Below, piece by piece: positions 38,594 through 48,400 of a DNA stretch of 64,000 nt; the first letter of the stretch is position 1; every line of letters begins with the position of its first letter. A program made the position numbers and the translations under genes. This DNA is from an uncultured Desulfatitalea sp. (GTDB lineage: Bacteria; Desulfobacterota; Desulfobacteria; Desulfobacterales; Desulfosarcinaceae), in the NCBI GenBank assembly GCA_963668675.2, contig CAXXMB010000002.1, positions 192,001-256,000 on the forward strand, in the 5' to 3' direction. Below the pieces are notes generated by a model, which saw nothing but the letters and a program-made list of their open reading frames with translations, was not told the DNA's origin and made no database searches.

Positions 38594-40297
38594 TTAAAAG
38601 TTGCTGAATTTTGTGCCTTGATCAACTCCCTTTGACCTATCGCTGCCTAGCTCGTTCTTTACCACCACGGCCAACTGTTCTATCGTATACGGCTTCCTGA
38701 CATAACCTCCGACGCCTAATGCCAAGGCGGTCTCAACGCGTTCGGATTGTGCGAACCCACTGACAATGATCGCCTTCAGGCCAGGCTGTATCGTGACCAC
38801 TTTCTCATATGTCTCAAGGCCATCCATGTGGCCTGGCATAATCATATCCAGCACCAGCAAATCAACCGGACGTTTACGCAAATATTCGATTGCTTCCTCA
38901 CCGCTGGATACAGATGTTACGTTGTATCTCAGTTTTTCTAGAATAGAAGAACATATATTTCTCTGCAACTCCGTATCATCGACGATAAGGATAGTTTCAC
39001 CATTGCCACAATATTTTTCCAACTCCCAGGGCTCTTCCGTCACGTCTTCATTATCCCTGGTCCCAGGGAAATAAAGTGTAAAAACGGTTCCTTTCCCAAT
39101 TTCGCTTTGAACGTCAACATAACCTCTATGATCTTTAACGGTTCCCCAGACGATGGCCAGGCCAAGCCCTGTTCCGCTTCTTCCCATAACCTTATTGGTG
39201 TAAAAAGGTTCGAAAATCTTTTCCAGATCCTCTTTTGCGATTCCTTCCCCGGAATCGGCAAACTGGACAGCGACATATTCGCCCTCTTCTGGAACTTCAT
39301 ACAGGCCGTCCGACTTGTCGATATATACATTCTTCGTGGATATGCTAAGTCGCCCTCCCGGCGCCATCGACTCAATGGCATTGGCCACCAAATTCATCAC
39401 CATTTTTGAAAGATGTACTGGAGAACCGACCATTCGGAACAAATTCGGCTGCAGATCCCTTTCAACCGTCATCTCAGGATACTCGGCCAACAGGTTCTGA
39501 TACTCAGGCGATTGAAGAAAGTTGGATAGGACCTTGTTCATATCGACCGTTTGGGCATCAACAATCCCCCTTCTGGCCAGTGTGAGCAGATCCTGAACGA
39601 CAGCAGCCGCTCTTTCACCGGATTGCTTTATCGTAAGAATGGGTTTCCTCAACGGACTGTCCTTCGGCATGTCGAGGAGAATCAATTCCGGATAATTCAG
39701 TATACCGCTCAAAATGTTATTGAGATCATGGGCGACACTGCCGGCCAGAATTCCCACGGCTTCCATTTTCTCTGCCCGTTTAAGACTGACTTCCAGATGC
39801 ATCTTTTCCTTATTGGCCCTCTCTCTTTCGACGATTTCCCGCTTGAGCTGTTCGTTACTCTCCTTAAGCGCTGCGGTTCGTTGAACCACCAGTTCTTCCA
39901 ACTCATCCTTGTATAACTGCAGCTCTTTTTCAAATTTTTTCCGCTCGTTGAGTTCTCCTCGCAATGCCTTCGTCAAATCACTGATTTTGCCTACGGATAG
40001 CGTCAACATCAGTGTGACGAAGTACATCGTCAATCCAGTAGAGACAAGATCATCTTTGGTCTGTCCCGCCATCGGAGCTAATATGCAAAGCATAGCGGAG
40101 TGAAGAAACCAGTATAAACAACCGCAGCGCAGTCCAATCAGCAGCCCTGCTACCAAAGGAAAGACACCTGATAAAATGAAAGCGCCGTCTCCTATTGTGC
40201 TTTGCAGTGGCAGAAAAATCAAACCAAAGAAGATTAGAAAGCCCGGAATGACAACAAGTGGCTTGGTGAGCTTTGAAACTATCGGTGCGGTTTTCAT
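38594..40297 (-). CDS. Membrane-bound hybrid sensor histidine kinase with receiver domain
   Basis: N-terminal TMs, coiled coil, AHDLNN H-box, N/G1/F/G2 boxes, receiver ILIVDD...LDMIMP...KP. Confidence 0.95.
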   Translation of the reverse strand: MKTAPIVSKLTKPLVVIPGFLIFFGLIFLPLQSTIGDGAFILSGVFPLVAGLLIGLRCGCLYWFLHSAMLCILAPMAGQTKDDLVSTGLTMYFVTLMLTLSVGKISDLTKALRGELNERKKFEKELQLYKDELEELVVQRTAALKESNEQLKREIVERERANKEKMHLEVSLKRAEKMEAVGILAGSVAHDLNNILSGILNYPELILLDMPKDSPLRKPILTIKQSGERAAAVVQDLLTLARRGIVDAQTVDMNKVLSNFLQSPEYQNLLAEYPEMTVERDLQPNLFRMVGSPVHLSKMVMNLVANAIESMAPGGRLSISTKNVYIDKSDGLYEVPEEGEYVAVQFADSGEGIAKEDLEKIFEPFYTNKVMGRSGTGLGLAIVWGTVKDHRGYVDVQSEIGKGTVFTLYFPGTRDNEDVTEEPWELEKYCGNGETILIVDDTELQRNICSSILEKLRYNVTSVSSGEEAIEYLRKRPVDLLVLDMIMPGHMDGLETYEKVVTIQPGLKAIIVSGFAQSERVETALALGVGGYVRKPYTIEQLAVVVKNELGSDRSKGVDQGTKFSNF

Positions 40298-40445
40298 TTC
40301 TTCTTTTCCGTTAAGTCGTCACCGCAAGCCTGACCCTCCACCTCCGATATACCTCATAAGGTTATCCGGACCAGCGCTCCAGGATATCCCCATGTCATCC
40401 AATCCGAAACAGGTTCCAAACGATCCTCATCTTTTTGATGGGGAC

Positions 40446-40835
40446 TTACTTCAATTTTTCGAGCATCTCCCCCATCATGCGGTGGATCAGATTGATGGCT
40501 TTCAACGGACGAATCATCACTTTGAAATCGACAATCCTGCCATCCTCCCCCCAGGTGATCATATCCACGCCGTTGATGACGATGCCGTCGATCTCGGTGA
40601 GAAACTCGAGCACGGCATGGTTGTCGGAAGTAATTTCACGCAAGTATTTGAAGGTGCCGTTGTTGAGCACGTGCATGGCGGCTGCCAGGTAAAGCTTGGT
40701 GATCGGTTTGCCCTCTTGGGGTGTGTGTACGACCGGAGAGTGAAACACCACTTCATCTGCAAGAATGCGATCCAGCGCTGCTTCGTCTTTCGATGCCACC
40801 AATTCGTGCCAGGCTTTCAATGTGTTTTCTATCAT
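40446..40835 (-). CDS. NTF2/SnoaL-like protein, copy 2
   Basis: Same 129-aa protein as copy 1. Confidence 0.9.
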   Translation of the reverse strand: MIENTLKAWHELVASKDEAALDRILADEVVFHSPVVHTPQEGKPITKLYLAAAMHVLNNGTFKYLREITSDNHAVLEFLTEIDGIVINGVDMITWGEDGRIVDFKVMIRPLKAINLIHRMMGEMLEKLK

Positions 40836-41094
40836 CTTTCAATTCTTTCCTTTTTTCTTCTGGTTGACAGGTTGGTACAGCTTTCTTCTATATACAAAAG
40901 CTTCAGCGCCGTTACGGGCGGGCATGAAGCCCGCCCCTACGAGGGCAGTGTGCCAAACGACTGTGTATCTTGGGGCTTGGCTTTATGCCCGACCGGGTCA
41001 GGAGGCAATGGCGTACTTTTGCCTGACCGCCTGGGCGATTTCACTGGTGATCGTCAGTGCGCGGTCCGCCTCTTCGGGTTTGAGCATCACCAGG
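40446..41094. repeat. 649-bp direct repeat, copy 2 (native locus)
   Basis: Contains the SnoaL gene, the intergenic REP and the 3' end of the MetE-like gene. Confidence 0.95.
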
Positions 41095-42044
41095 TCGCAC
41101 GCCGGCATGACCCATGAATTTTCGATCAGCAGGCGTTCATCGATGCCATTTTTTGTATACGTTTCGATGGCCGCGAAGAGTCGATCGAGAAGTGTTTCGG
41201 TGGTCTCGCTGCCGAGTTTTTCGCTATCCACCGGAACGATTCCCCATGCCAGCATGCCGCCTCGTTCCAGGAATGGCGCCAGTTGGGACGCATAGAGGGC
41301 CAATTGATCGGGATACTGATAGGCGTCGAAGTTGATGACGTCGATATCGGAATCGATCAGGAGGGTCCAGTCGATGTTGGCGCAGCAGTGCACCCACCGC
41401 AGGCCTCTGACTTTGTCGAAACTCGCATCGATGGCGTCGATGATCTCCGACCGCGTGCCGGTGCCTGCGGCCGATGTAAAGGTCACCAGCGTGGTCTCGG
41501 GCAGATCGACGATCACCTCGACATCGGGGATTTGTGCCCGGATGGTGGCTTCCAATGAACGCGCCTTGATGTTCATGCCTTTGATCAGAATATCGCGCAG
41601 CGTTTCATTGTATATCGATGGCTGGCCGTCGGCCTGCTTCAAAAAATCGCCGAAAAGCAACGGACCGGCCGTGTGGAAGATGACCCACTTGAGTTCCGGG
41701 GGGCGCTCCTGCTTGATTTTGCCGATCATTTCGTGGATGAAGGGCGCGGCTTCCGGGGTGGTCCTGAAGTAGTCCAGGTCTTCGGCTTCGTAACGGTCGT
41801 AGAATTCGATGATCTCGGCTTCTCTCTCCGTGGAGAGATCAAAATAGACCATGCGCCGCTTTCGATCGAATACCAGGCACGGCAGCCCCTCGAGCATCCA
41901 GCGAATGCTGCGGGTCAAGGCCGGCAGGCAGGGTGCTTCGGGCAGGCACTTCAGGATCGTACGGGCCGCATGGCCCACGTCGCGGTATGGGGCGACCCCC
42001 ATCGCGGTGGCAGCAAAACAGGGCTTGGTCAGTGTCTTTTGCAA
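40998..42044 (-). CDS. Cobalamin-independent methionine synthase (MetE) catalytic-domain-like protein
   Basis: AGPLLFG, VHCCANIDW, INFDAY, LAWGIVP, VMPAC (H-x-C...C zinc ligands). Confidence 0.75.
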   Translation of the reverse strand: MQKTLTKPCFAATAMGVAPYRDVGHAARTILKCLPEAPCLPALTRSIRWMLEGLPCLVFDRKRRMVYFDLSTEREAEIIEFYDRYEAEDLDYFRTTPEAAPFIHEMIGKIKQERPPELKWVIFHTAGPLLFGDFLKQADGQPSIYNETLRDILIKGMNIKARSLEATIRAQIPDVEVIVDLPETTLVTFTSAAGTGTRSEIIDAIDASFDKVRGLRWVHCCANIDWTLLIDSDIDVINFDAYQYPDQLALYASQLAPFLERGGMLAWGIVPVDSEKLGSETTETLLDRLFAAIETYTKNGIDERLLIENSWVMPACDLVMLKPEEADRALTITSEIAQAVRQKYAIAS

Positions 42045-42087
42045 TGCTCAACTCCATCCTTTTGGTGTAATAGGCTCCGGCACGCTT

Positions 42088-43155
42088 CTACCTGCCGAAA
42101 AGCTTGTCGAAACGCATCAACAGCGCAGCATCTCCATCGACCTTGTACTTTTCGGCCATGAAGAGATTCTGACCGTCGGCCTTGCCGGTAACAACGTCCA
42201 TCCAGAGTTCGAAAGGCGTTTCGATGGTGAGGGAGGGCTGGTCGGCCTGGCCGGCGCGTGGATCGATCATGCCGTTCTCGATCTTGAAGTAGCAGGCCCC
42301 CTGCACCTCTCCAGAGAAGACGAATTGAATGGTCGCCTGGGTATCGGCGGCGGCCTCCCTGTTGAAGGCGATGGCCATCACCAGCATGAAACTCTCCAGG
42401 GTGTCGGGTCGCGGCACCATTCCGCGCTCTTCGAACCCCTTGATGGTCACGCCTTCGGCAATGCAGGTTTTCCAAACGAGGTTGGCCACTGCACTCCAGA
42501 CATCGAGATCCTTGACACTCTGCTCGTGGATACGCTCCATGGTCGCTTTGGAAACATGGCCCTGTGTAATGAGCTCTTTGCCGGCCTCGGTCGTTGCCGC
42601 CAGAATCCGCTGCGCGCGGCTGCCCCCCCGTGATGCGGCCATCGCTTCGGCCCCGGGGCGGTAGATCTCCGCGGCCAGCCGCTTGCCGAACAGGTATTTG
42701 GCCCACGCGGAGAGCGGGCCGAACACCTCTTCATCATGGAATCCGGCCACCGACAGCACCACCGCTTTAGGGTGGCCATAGCGGGGCGGATGCACGGTTC
42801 GGCCCTCATAGGTGATAAAGAAGGGCTCGTTCATGGGCAGGGTGCGCTCGATGAACGCTTTCATGGTGGCGTTGACGGTGTAATGGTACAACGGGCTGGC
42901 ATAGACCACCATATCGGAGTGGCGAAACTTGTCGAAAAGCTCGGCGCTCATGTCGTCTTTATGGATGCAGACGCCCGGGGTCTTGGTCCAGCAGTTGAAG
43001 CAGCCGCTGCACTGATTGATCTTCTTGTCGCGCAGGTGGATGACCTCCACCTCGGCTCCGGCCGCTTCCATGCCCTGCACCAGGTACGACAGCATGAGTT
43101 CGGTTTTGCTCTGCCCCTCGCTGCGAGGGCTGGAGTTGAGCGCAAGCACTTTCAT
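42088..43155 (-). CDS. NADPH-dependent FMN reductase / iron-sulfur flavoprotein fused to a C-terminal SCP2 sterol-binding domain
   Basis: NSSPR, CSGCFNCW...C...DDM, ASPLY, MKAFIER; SCP2 IQFVFSG...KYKVDGD..LL. Confidence 0.88.
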   Translation of the reverse strand: MKVLALNSSPRSEGQSKTELMLSYLVQGMEAAGAEVEVIHLRDKKINQCSGCFNCWTKTPGVCIHKDDMSAELFDKFRHSDMVVYASPLYHYTVNATMKAFIERTLPMNEPFFITYEGRTVHPPRYGHPKAVVLSVAGFHDEEVFGPLSAWAKYLFGKRLAAEIYRPGAEAMAASRGGSRAQRILAATTEAGKELITQGHVSKATMERIHEQSVKDLDVWSAVANLVWKTCIAEGVTIKGFEERGMVPRPDTLESFMLVMAIAFNREAAADTQATIQFVFSGEVQGACYFKIENGMIDPRAGQADQPSLTIETPFELWMDVVTGKADGQNLFMAEKYKVDGDAALLMRFDKLFGR

Positions 43156-43189
43156 CGAAGTCTCCTTTCAATGGGATTCGGGATGATCT

Positions 43190-43936
43190 CTAATCGTCAA
43201 TTCCCAGGTAAGCCCTGTTCCAGGTGGGGCTGATGGTGATCTCGTTGATGCAGACATGGGCGGGCTGCTCGGCAACCCAGCGGATGGTTTGCCCCAGGTC
43301 CGCCGGCTGCAGCATTTTGGCCCGGACTTCAGCGGATGGCGGCATGGGGCGACTGTCCATGATCGGAGTGTCCACCTCGCCCGGGCAGATGGCGCATGCG
43401 CGGATGCCGTTGGCGCACTCCTCCATATTGAGATTGGTGGTCATGGCAACCACGGCGTGCTTGCTGCTGCAGTAGGCCGGCCCGACGATGGCCGATGGGT
43501 ACAGGCCGGCCCATGAGGAGATGTTGATGACCAGCCCGCCCTTTTGCTGGCGCATATGGGGAAGCACGGCACAGGTGCAGTAAAAGGTGCCGTCAAGATT
43601 GACGCGGATCACCCGGTCCCACTCACCGGTGTCCATATCGCGCCAGAACCGTTTGGGGCTGTTGAGGCCGGCGCTGTTGATCAGGATATCAATGGTGCCG
43701 TGGCGCTGAACGATGGCATCCGCCACCTTCTGAACCGCCTTTGAATCACTCACATCCAATGGTTCGACCTCGGCCTGGCCGTTGGCAGCCGCTATCTGTC
43801 CGGCTTCGTACGTCAGCACCGCTTCACGGCGACCCGACATCACCACTGTGGCGCCAGCCCGGGCCAACGCCTGGGCTCCCGCAAGACCAATACCGGTTCC
43901 CGCACCGGTGATCCATACAACTTTACCTTTGAGCAT
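43190..43936 (-). CDS. Short-chain dehydrogenase/reductase
   Basis: TGAGTGIG, INSAG, YCSSK, CPGEVDT; start ATG 43936 after AAGGAGA. Confidence 0.95.
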   Translation of the reverse strand: MLKGKVVWITGAGTGIGLAGAQALARAGATVVMSGRREAVLTYEAGQIAAANGQAEVEPLDVSDSKAVQKVADAIVQRHGTIDILINSAGLNSPKRFWRDMDTGEWDRVIRVNLDGTFYCTCAVLPHMRQQKGGLVINISSWAGLYPSAIVGPAYCSSKHAVVAMTTNLNMEECANGIRACAICPGEVDTPIMDSRPMPPSAEVRAKMLQPADLGQTIRWVAEQPAHVCINEITISPTWNRAYLGIDD

Positions 43937-44395
43937 GGTTCGTCTCCTTCGCAATGCGTTCATACCTATTGCCATTTTTTTGCGTGCAACCTTGGCAGAT
44001 ATCATAGGAGAGAGAGATGGGAGAGGTCAACCGATATGGTCAGAAGAAAAGGACAGCCTCAGCTGCATGCTCTTGTTTTTCGTTGAACGACGACGCCTTT
44101 TGTGATTTAGTTTAGCCAGTTGCGCTGAAGTCGCCTCACCAATGAACCGATAACCTTGTAAGAGCGGCTGGTGCAGCCGGTACCGTAAGCATGCGTTGGA
44201 GCTCTACGCGCAAGGGAATTGCCGGAATTTCAGACACCGACATTTGCAGTTCGGATACCTCCTCTTTCACCATCTCGCCTCCTGACCGGGCACTATTCCC
44301 AGGCGCAGCGGTACCTGTTTGTAAATCTTCGTTTACAGATCCATCGAACCAAACCATTCAGCTTCCAACGGACATCGGCCACCAAAGGAGTCGAC

Positions 44396-45364
44396 ATGGC
44401 GGACACCCAGCAACAGCAACAATTCCTGCGCAGGGCCCTGGTTAAAAAAATCATTCGCCGCATCATTGCCCTGGTCACCATCGTCTGTCTGGTCTATGGC
44501 CTCGTCGCCCTGGTCTACGCCACGAAAACCATCTACAAGGTCAAGATGAACTATGCCGTGGTACTGGAGCGCTTCAACGGGCAGCGCGAGGCGGTCACCG
44601 ACGTGGGCTGGCACATGCGCTGGCCCTTCTTCACCCGCATCGAGCAGGAGGTCGCCCTGATGAACCAGCGTCTCCATCTGGGCGGTCAGGACGAGCCTAT
44701 GCGCATCATCTCCAAGGGCAACGTGGCTTTATGGACATCCGGCGTTTTGACTTACCGTATCCGCAGCCTGCACACCTGGGCCATTGAAAACCTCGATCCC
44801 ATGCAGTTGCTGCAGGGCGACTATGACGGCATCGTAAAAGATCTGCTGCAAGCCGAGCCGGTGGATAAGCTTATCTCGGAGCGCGAACAGATAAAGGAGC
44901 GGATTTTCATGGCGCTCAAGTCGGCCCCCATCAACGTGGGTGGCCCTACCCTGGAGGGCAAGTACGGCGTCGAGATCGTCAGCTTTGTGCTCAAGGAGAC
45001 CCGCTTTGGAGACAAACTCGTGGAGGCCACCGAGGAGAAGAAGCGCCGGGAGCTGATTGCCGAAGCCGACAACTATGCAGCCGACCAGGAGGCCAGCCGT
45101 ATCCGAAAGCTCTATGCCGCCTATGTCGACGGCATTCAGTCACTCCAAAAGAGCATCGGCCGGACCGACGGCACGACCGATACGGCCATCTTGCAATTTT
45201 TAACCCAGCAGAAATGGGCGACGGCCTATGAAAAGAACCAGGAGGGGCAGAATACGGTGGTCATTCAGAACACCGAACAGTCGCCGGCACTGACACTGCC
45301 CTCCTCCCAGGCGGCAACCGGCGCCAAGGCCGGAGCGCCGAAAGAGAACGCCAAAGCGAAATAG
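44396..45364 (+). CDS. SPFH / Band-7 (HflK/C-, stomatin-like) membrane protein
   Basis: Single N-terminal TM, VVLERFNG...VGWHMRWPFF..I, REQIKE.I, YGVEIVSF.LK, coiled coil; ATG 44396 after AAAGGAG. Confidence 0.85.
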   Translation: MADTQQQQQFLRRALVKKIIRRIIALVTIVCLVYGLVALVYATKTIYKVKMNYAVVLERFNGQREAVTDVGWHMRWPFFTRIEQEVALMNQRLHLGGQDEPMRIISKGNVALWTSGVLTYRIRSLHTWAIENLDPMQLLQGDYDGIVKDLLQAEPVDKLISEREQIKERIFMALKSAPINVGGPTLEGKYGVEIVSFVLKETRFGDKLVEATEEKKRRELIAEADNYAADQEASRIRKLYAAYVDGIQSLQKSIGRTDGTTDTAILQFLTQQKWATAYEKNQEGQNTVVIQNTEQSPALTLPSSQAATGAKAGAPKENAKAK

Positions 45365-45436
45365 TCCGTCCCAAATGGTACCCCATTTGGAGAGACCGCT
45401 AACCGGAGGCCGCATATATAGCATTGGAGAAACAAG

Positions 45437-48400
45437 GTGCCCAAACGCCTGACCAAAAAAGTGACCTATGTCCGCCTGCCTGAGCAGCGCATTACCGAGA
45501 TTCAGGCCCTGGTGGCGTCGTGGCCGTACGAGACCAAAGCCTTCATGCGCGCCCGGCTCAATCAGTACAAGCCACCGCGCATCTGGATGAGCAGCTTGAT
45601 CGAGTGGGCTATGTCGTTTGTCATGGATTCTCCCGACAAGACGTTCCGCGTCCTCAAAGACCCGAATATCCTCACCGACTGGCAAAAGCGTTTCGAACTC
45701 TCCGGACAGGCCAATCCCCAGGATGCCTGGAACCGCATCCTGGAAAAGGAGGTAACGGCCAGGGACTACCTCTACCTGCTCAGTCTCCTCGACGAGCAGT
45801 TGACCGACGTGCATGTGCCGATCGAGTTGGAGACGCTGTTCGAAAAGATCTACCGGGCCCATATCCGCAAGGAGTACGTCTCCGATCCGATTGTGCCCAA
45901 AGCGCCGCTGCTGCTCGTGATCGGACCGTCGGGCAGCGGCAAGACCTCTACGGTCACCGAGTCTGTCGAAAAGGTGATCTTCAATGATCAGGTGCTGCCC
46001 GAAATCGACCTCAATCTTAAAAAGGAGGAGTTGCTCGCCAACGAACCCTTCTGGAAAAGTCTCGAAGAGGTCGACCCCACCCTGGCCATGGAGATGGTCC
46101 GTCTCAAGCGGCTCAAGTTCTTCAAACGCCTCGGGCGCATGCCGGTCATCCGCTGGATCTTCAAGCGCCAGATCAACCGCAATCTCTCCATCCTGGAGGA
46201 GCAGGGCATTCAGGTCGACTATGCCATGGTCACTCCCAACGACTACCAGACCGCTCTTGCCGGTGAACCGGGCAACTACTTCAAACGGGCGCTGGGCGAT
46301 GCCCGCAAAACCGCAATCCGTCACGTGGAAGAGGCCCACAGCGCCTTCGGGCGCGTCGAAGGCCACGCCAGCGGTGCCGAGCGCCAGCAGCGCACCCTCA
46401 TCGACACCTCCAACATCGTCCTGGACGAAATCATCAACGGCAAACGCGACTGTCTGCTGATTGCGACCTCCGACCAGCCGGAGCGCTTCGATGCGGCCAT
46501 CTATCGAAGGTTCGTGGAGAAGGGCAAGATCATCAACCTCTCCGACTTCTGGAAAAACCCCTCCAATCTGGGAGAAGTGGTGCGCCTCGAGCTGCAGCGC
46601 CACGACATCGAGGTGCACGCCACCGGTCAGCGGAAGCGACCGATACCGGATCGGCCGGAACCGATCAGCCGGGAAGATCTCGATCGCGCGGTCGATTTGA
46701 TCTACCAGGTCTTCGAAGAGCGCACCCTGAAGGTGATCCCCTCATACGTGCGCAAACTGGTCCACTCGATTGTGGAGATCAAAAGCGGCTTCACCATCGA
46801 ATACCTTAAGGATCCGCTGCTGGTCCGCCAGGCGTTCGAACTGGTGGCCCAGAACTCTTATGGCGATCTGTACAAACGTATCGTGGACCGCATGGACCGT
46901 CATGTCCGATGGGAAGAGTATGTCGGCGGCATCAAAGACACCTTCTCCGAAATGACCAACAATTGCCTCTACTACGGCGTCGACGAAGAGAAAGGGGTGG
47001 TGCTCAACGGACCGCCGGGAAGCGGTAAAACCTTTCTGGTGCGCACCTGGCTGGGCGAGAACAAAGATGTCCACGATATGGCCACCAGTGCGGCCGCACT
47101 GCAGGACCCGGTCAACCCCATCGACGGTGCCGTGGAGAACATGGAGAAGCTCTACGACATCGCCAAGATGATCGCACCCTCGGTGGTCTTTTTTGATGAA
47201 GGCGATGCCCTGGCTCCCAAGCGCAGCGCCTCGGGCGGATCGCCCTCCGACAAACTGACCAATAAATTCCTGAGCCTGATCGATGGCGAGATCCCGCTCA
47301 GACGTGTGTTCACCGTGCTGACCACCAACCGCCTCGACATTATCGATCCGGCCCTGATCCGCTCCAAACGCCTGAAGGTGCTTGAAGTGTCAGGCATGAT
47401 GAGCAAGGACGACATCAAAGGCATCATCGACATCTCCCTGGAGAAGGTGCCCCTGGCCGAGGATCTGGACGCCAAAATGATTATCGAAAGCGCCCAGGGG
47501 CTGTGCAACACGCCAGCGGATTACGCCGCTTTTGTCGAAAAGGCCAAGGCCCTTCGCAGCACAGAATTTGAAGTCCTGCAGCGCTTCCGCGACATGCAGG
47601 CGACCAACGACGACATCCGCATCAATTTCGTCAAATTCAATCTAAAAACCCTCATGGGCATCATCGAAGCCGTCGAACTGCCCGCCGAGGTGCGAAACCG
47701 GATCAAAGCCAAACCCTTGAGCATTCTCGACCACTTCGATGAAATAAAGACCGCCTGCGACCAGGTTGGAGCGGCCGATGACTATCCGCTGACGCGCTCG
47801 CACCTGACCTCGGCCAAGGCGGAGATCTCCCAGAGCCCGGTCCAGAAGGGGAAGGTTCAGTTGGACGAATTCCTGGAAGCCGAGTTGAGCCAGGAGCCCC
47901 AGGTCGGTTTCATTATCGGGGTGGGGGCCAACGACACCTCCGGGGTCCTGCTGCCCATCGCCACAAGCCTCACCTATCGCGTTTCGGCCAAAAATGTGAT
48001 CGTCACCGGTGCGGTCTCCACCTCCTCGTCGGCCTCCGCCCAACTGGACATGGCGGTGCAGATGACCCAGCAGTCTGCCCAGGAGGCCCTCACCATGGTG
48101 AAAAACTATCTCCAGGGTCTGGATCCCAAGGTGAGCACCGCCCGGCTCTTGGGCGACTTCCTGGAGGACTACACCATCCACCACCAGCTGCTCTCCGCCT
48201 CCTATAATGTGGGCGGCCCCTCGGCCGGCTACGCACTGGCCATCAACACCCTCTCTACCCTCATGCTCATACCGGTGCTCAACGACTTCGGCATCACCGG
48301 CGCCCCCTGGACCAAGGGCGTCAAACCCGGCGAAGTGGGCGGATCGGTCATCATTGGTGGCCATAAAAAAAAGACGGAGAAGGTGCTGGCCTACCTGCGC

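Noticed and set aside
44219..44395. N-terminal extension of the SPFH ORF
   Set aside because: AAAGGAG precedes ATG 44396 and the extension has no protein-like features.
45200..46618. 472-aa minus-strand ORF (and 47642-48550)
   Set aside because: Antisense shadow of the AAA-Lon gene.
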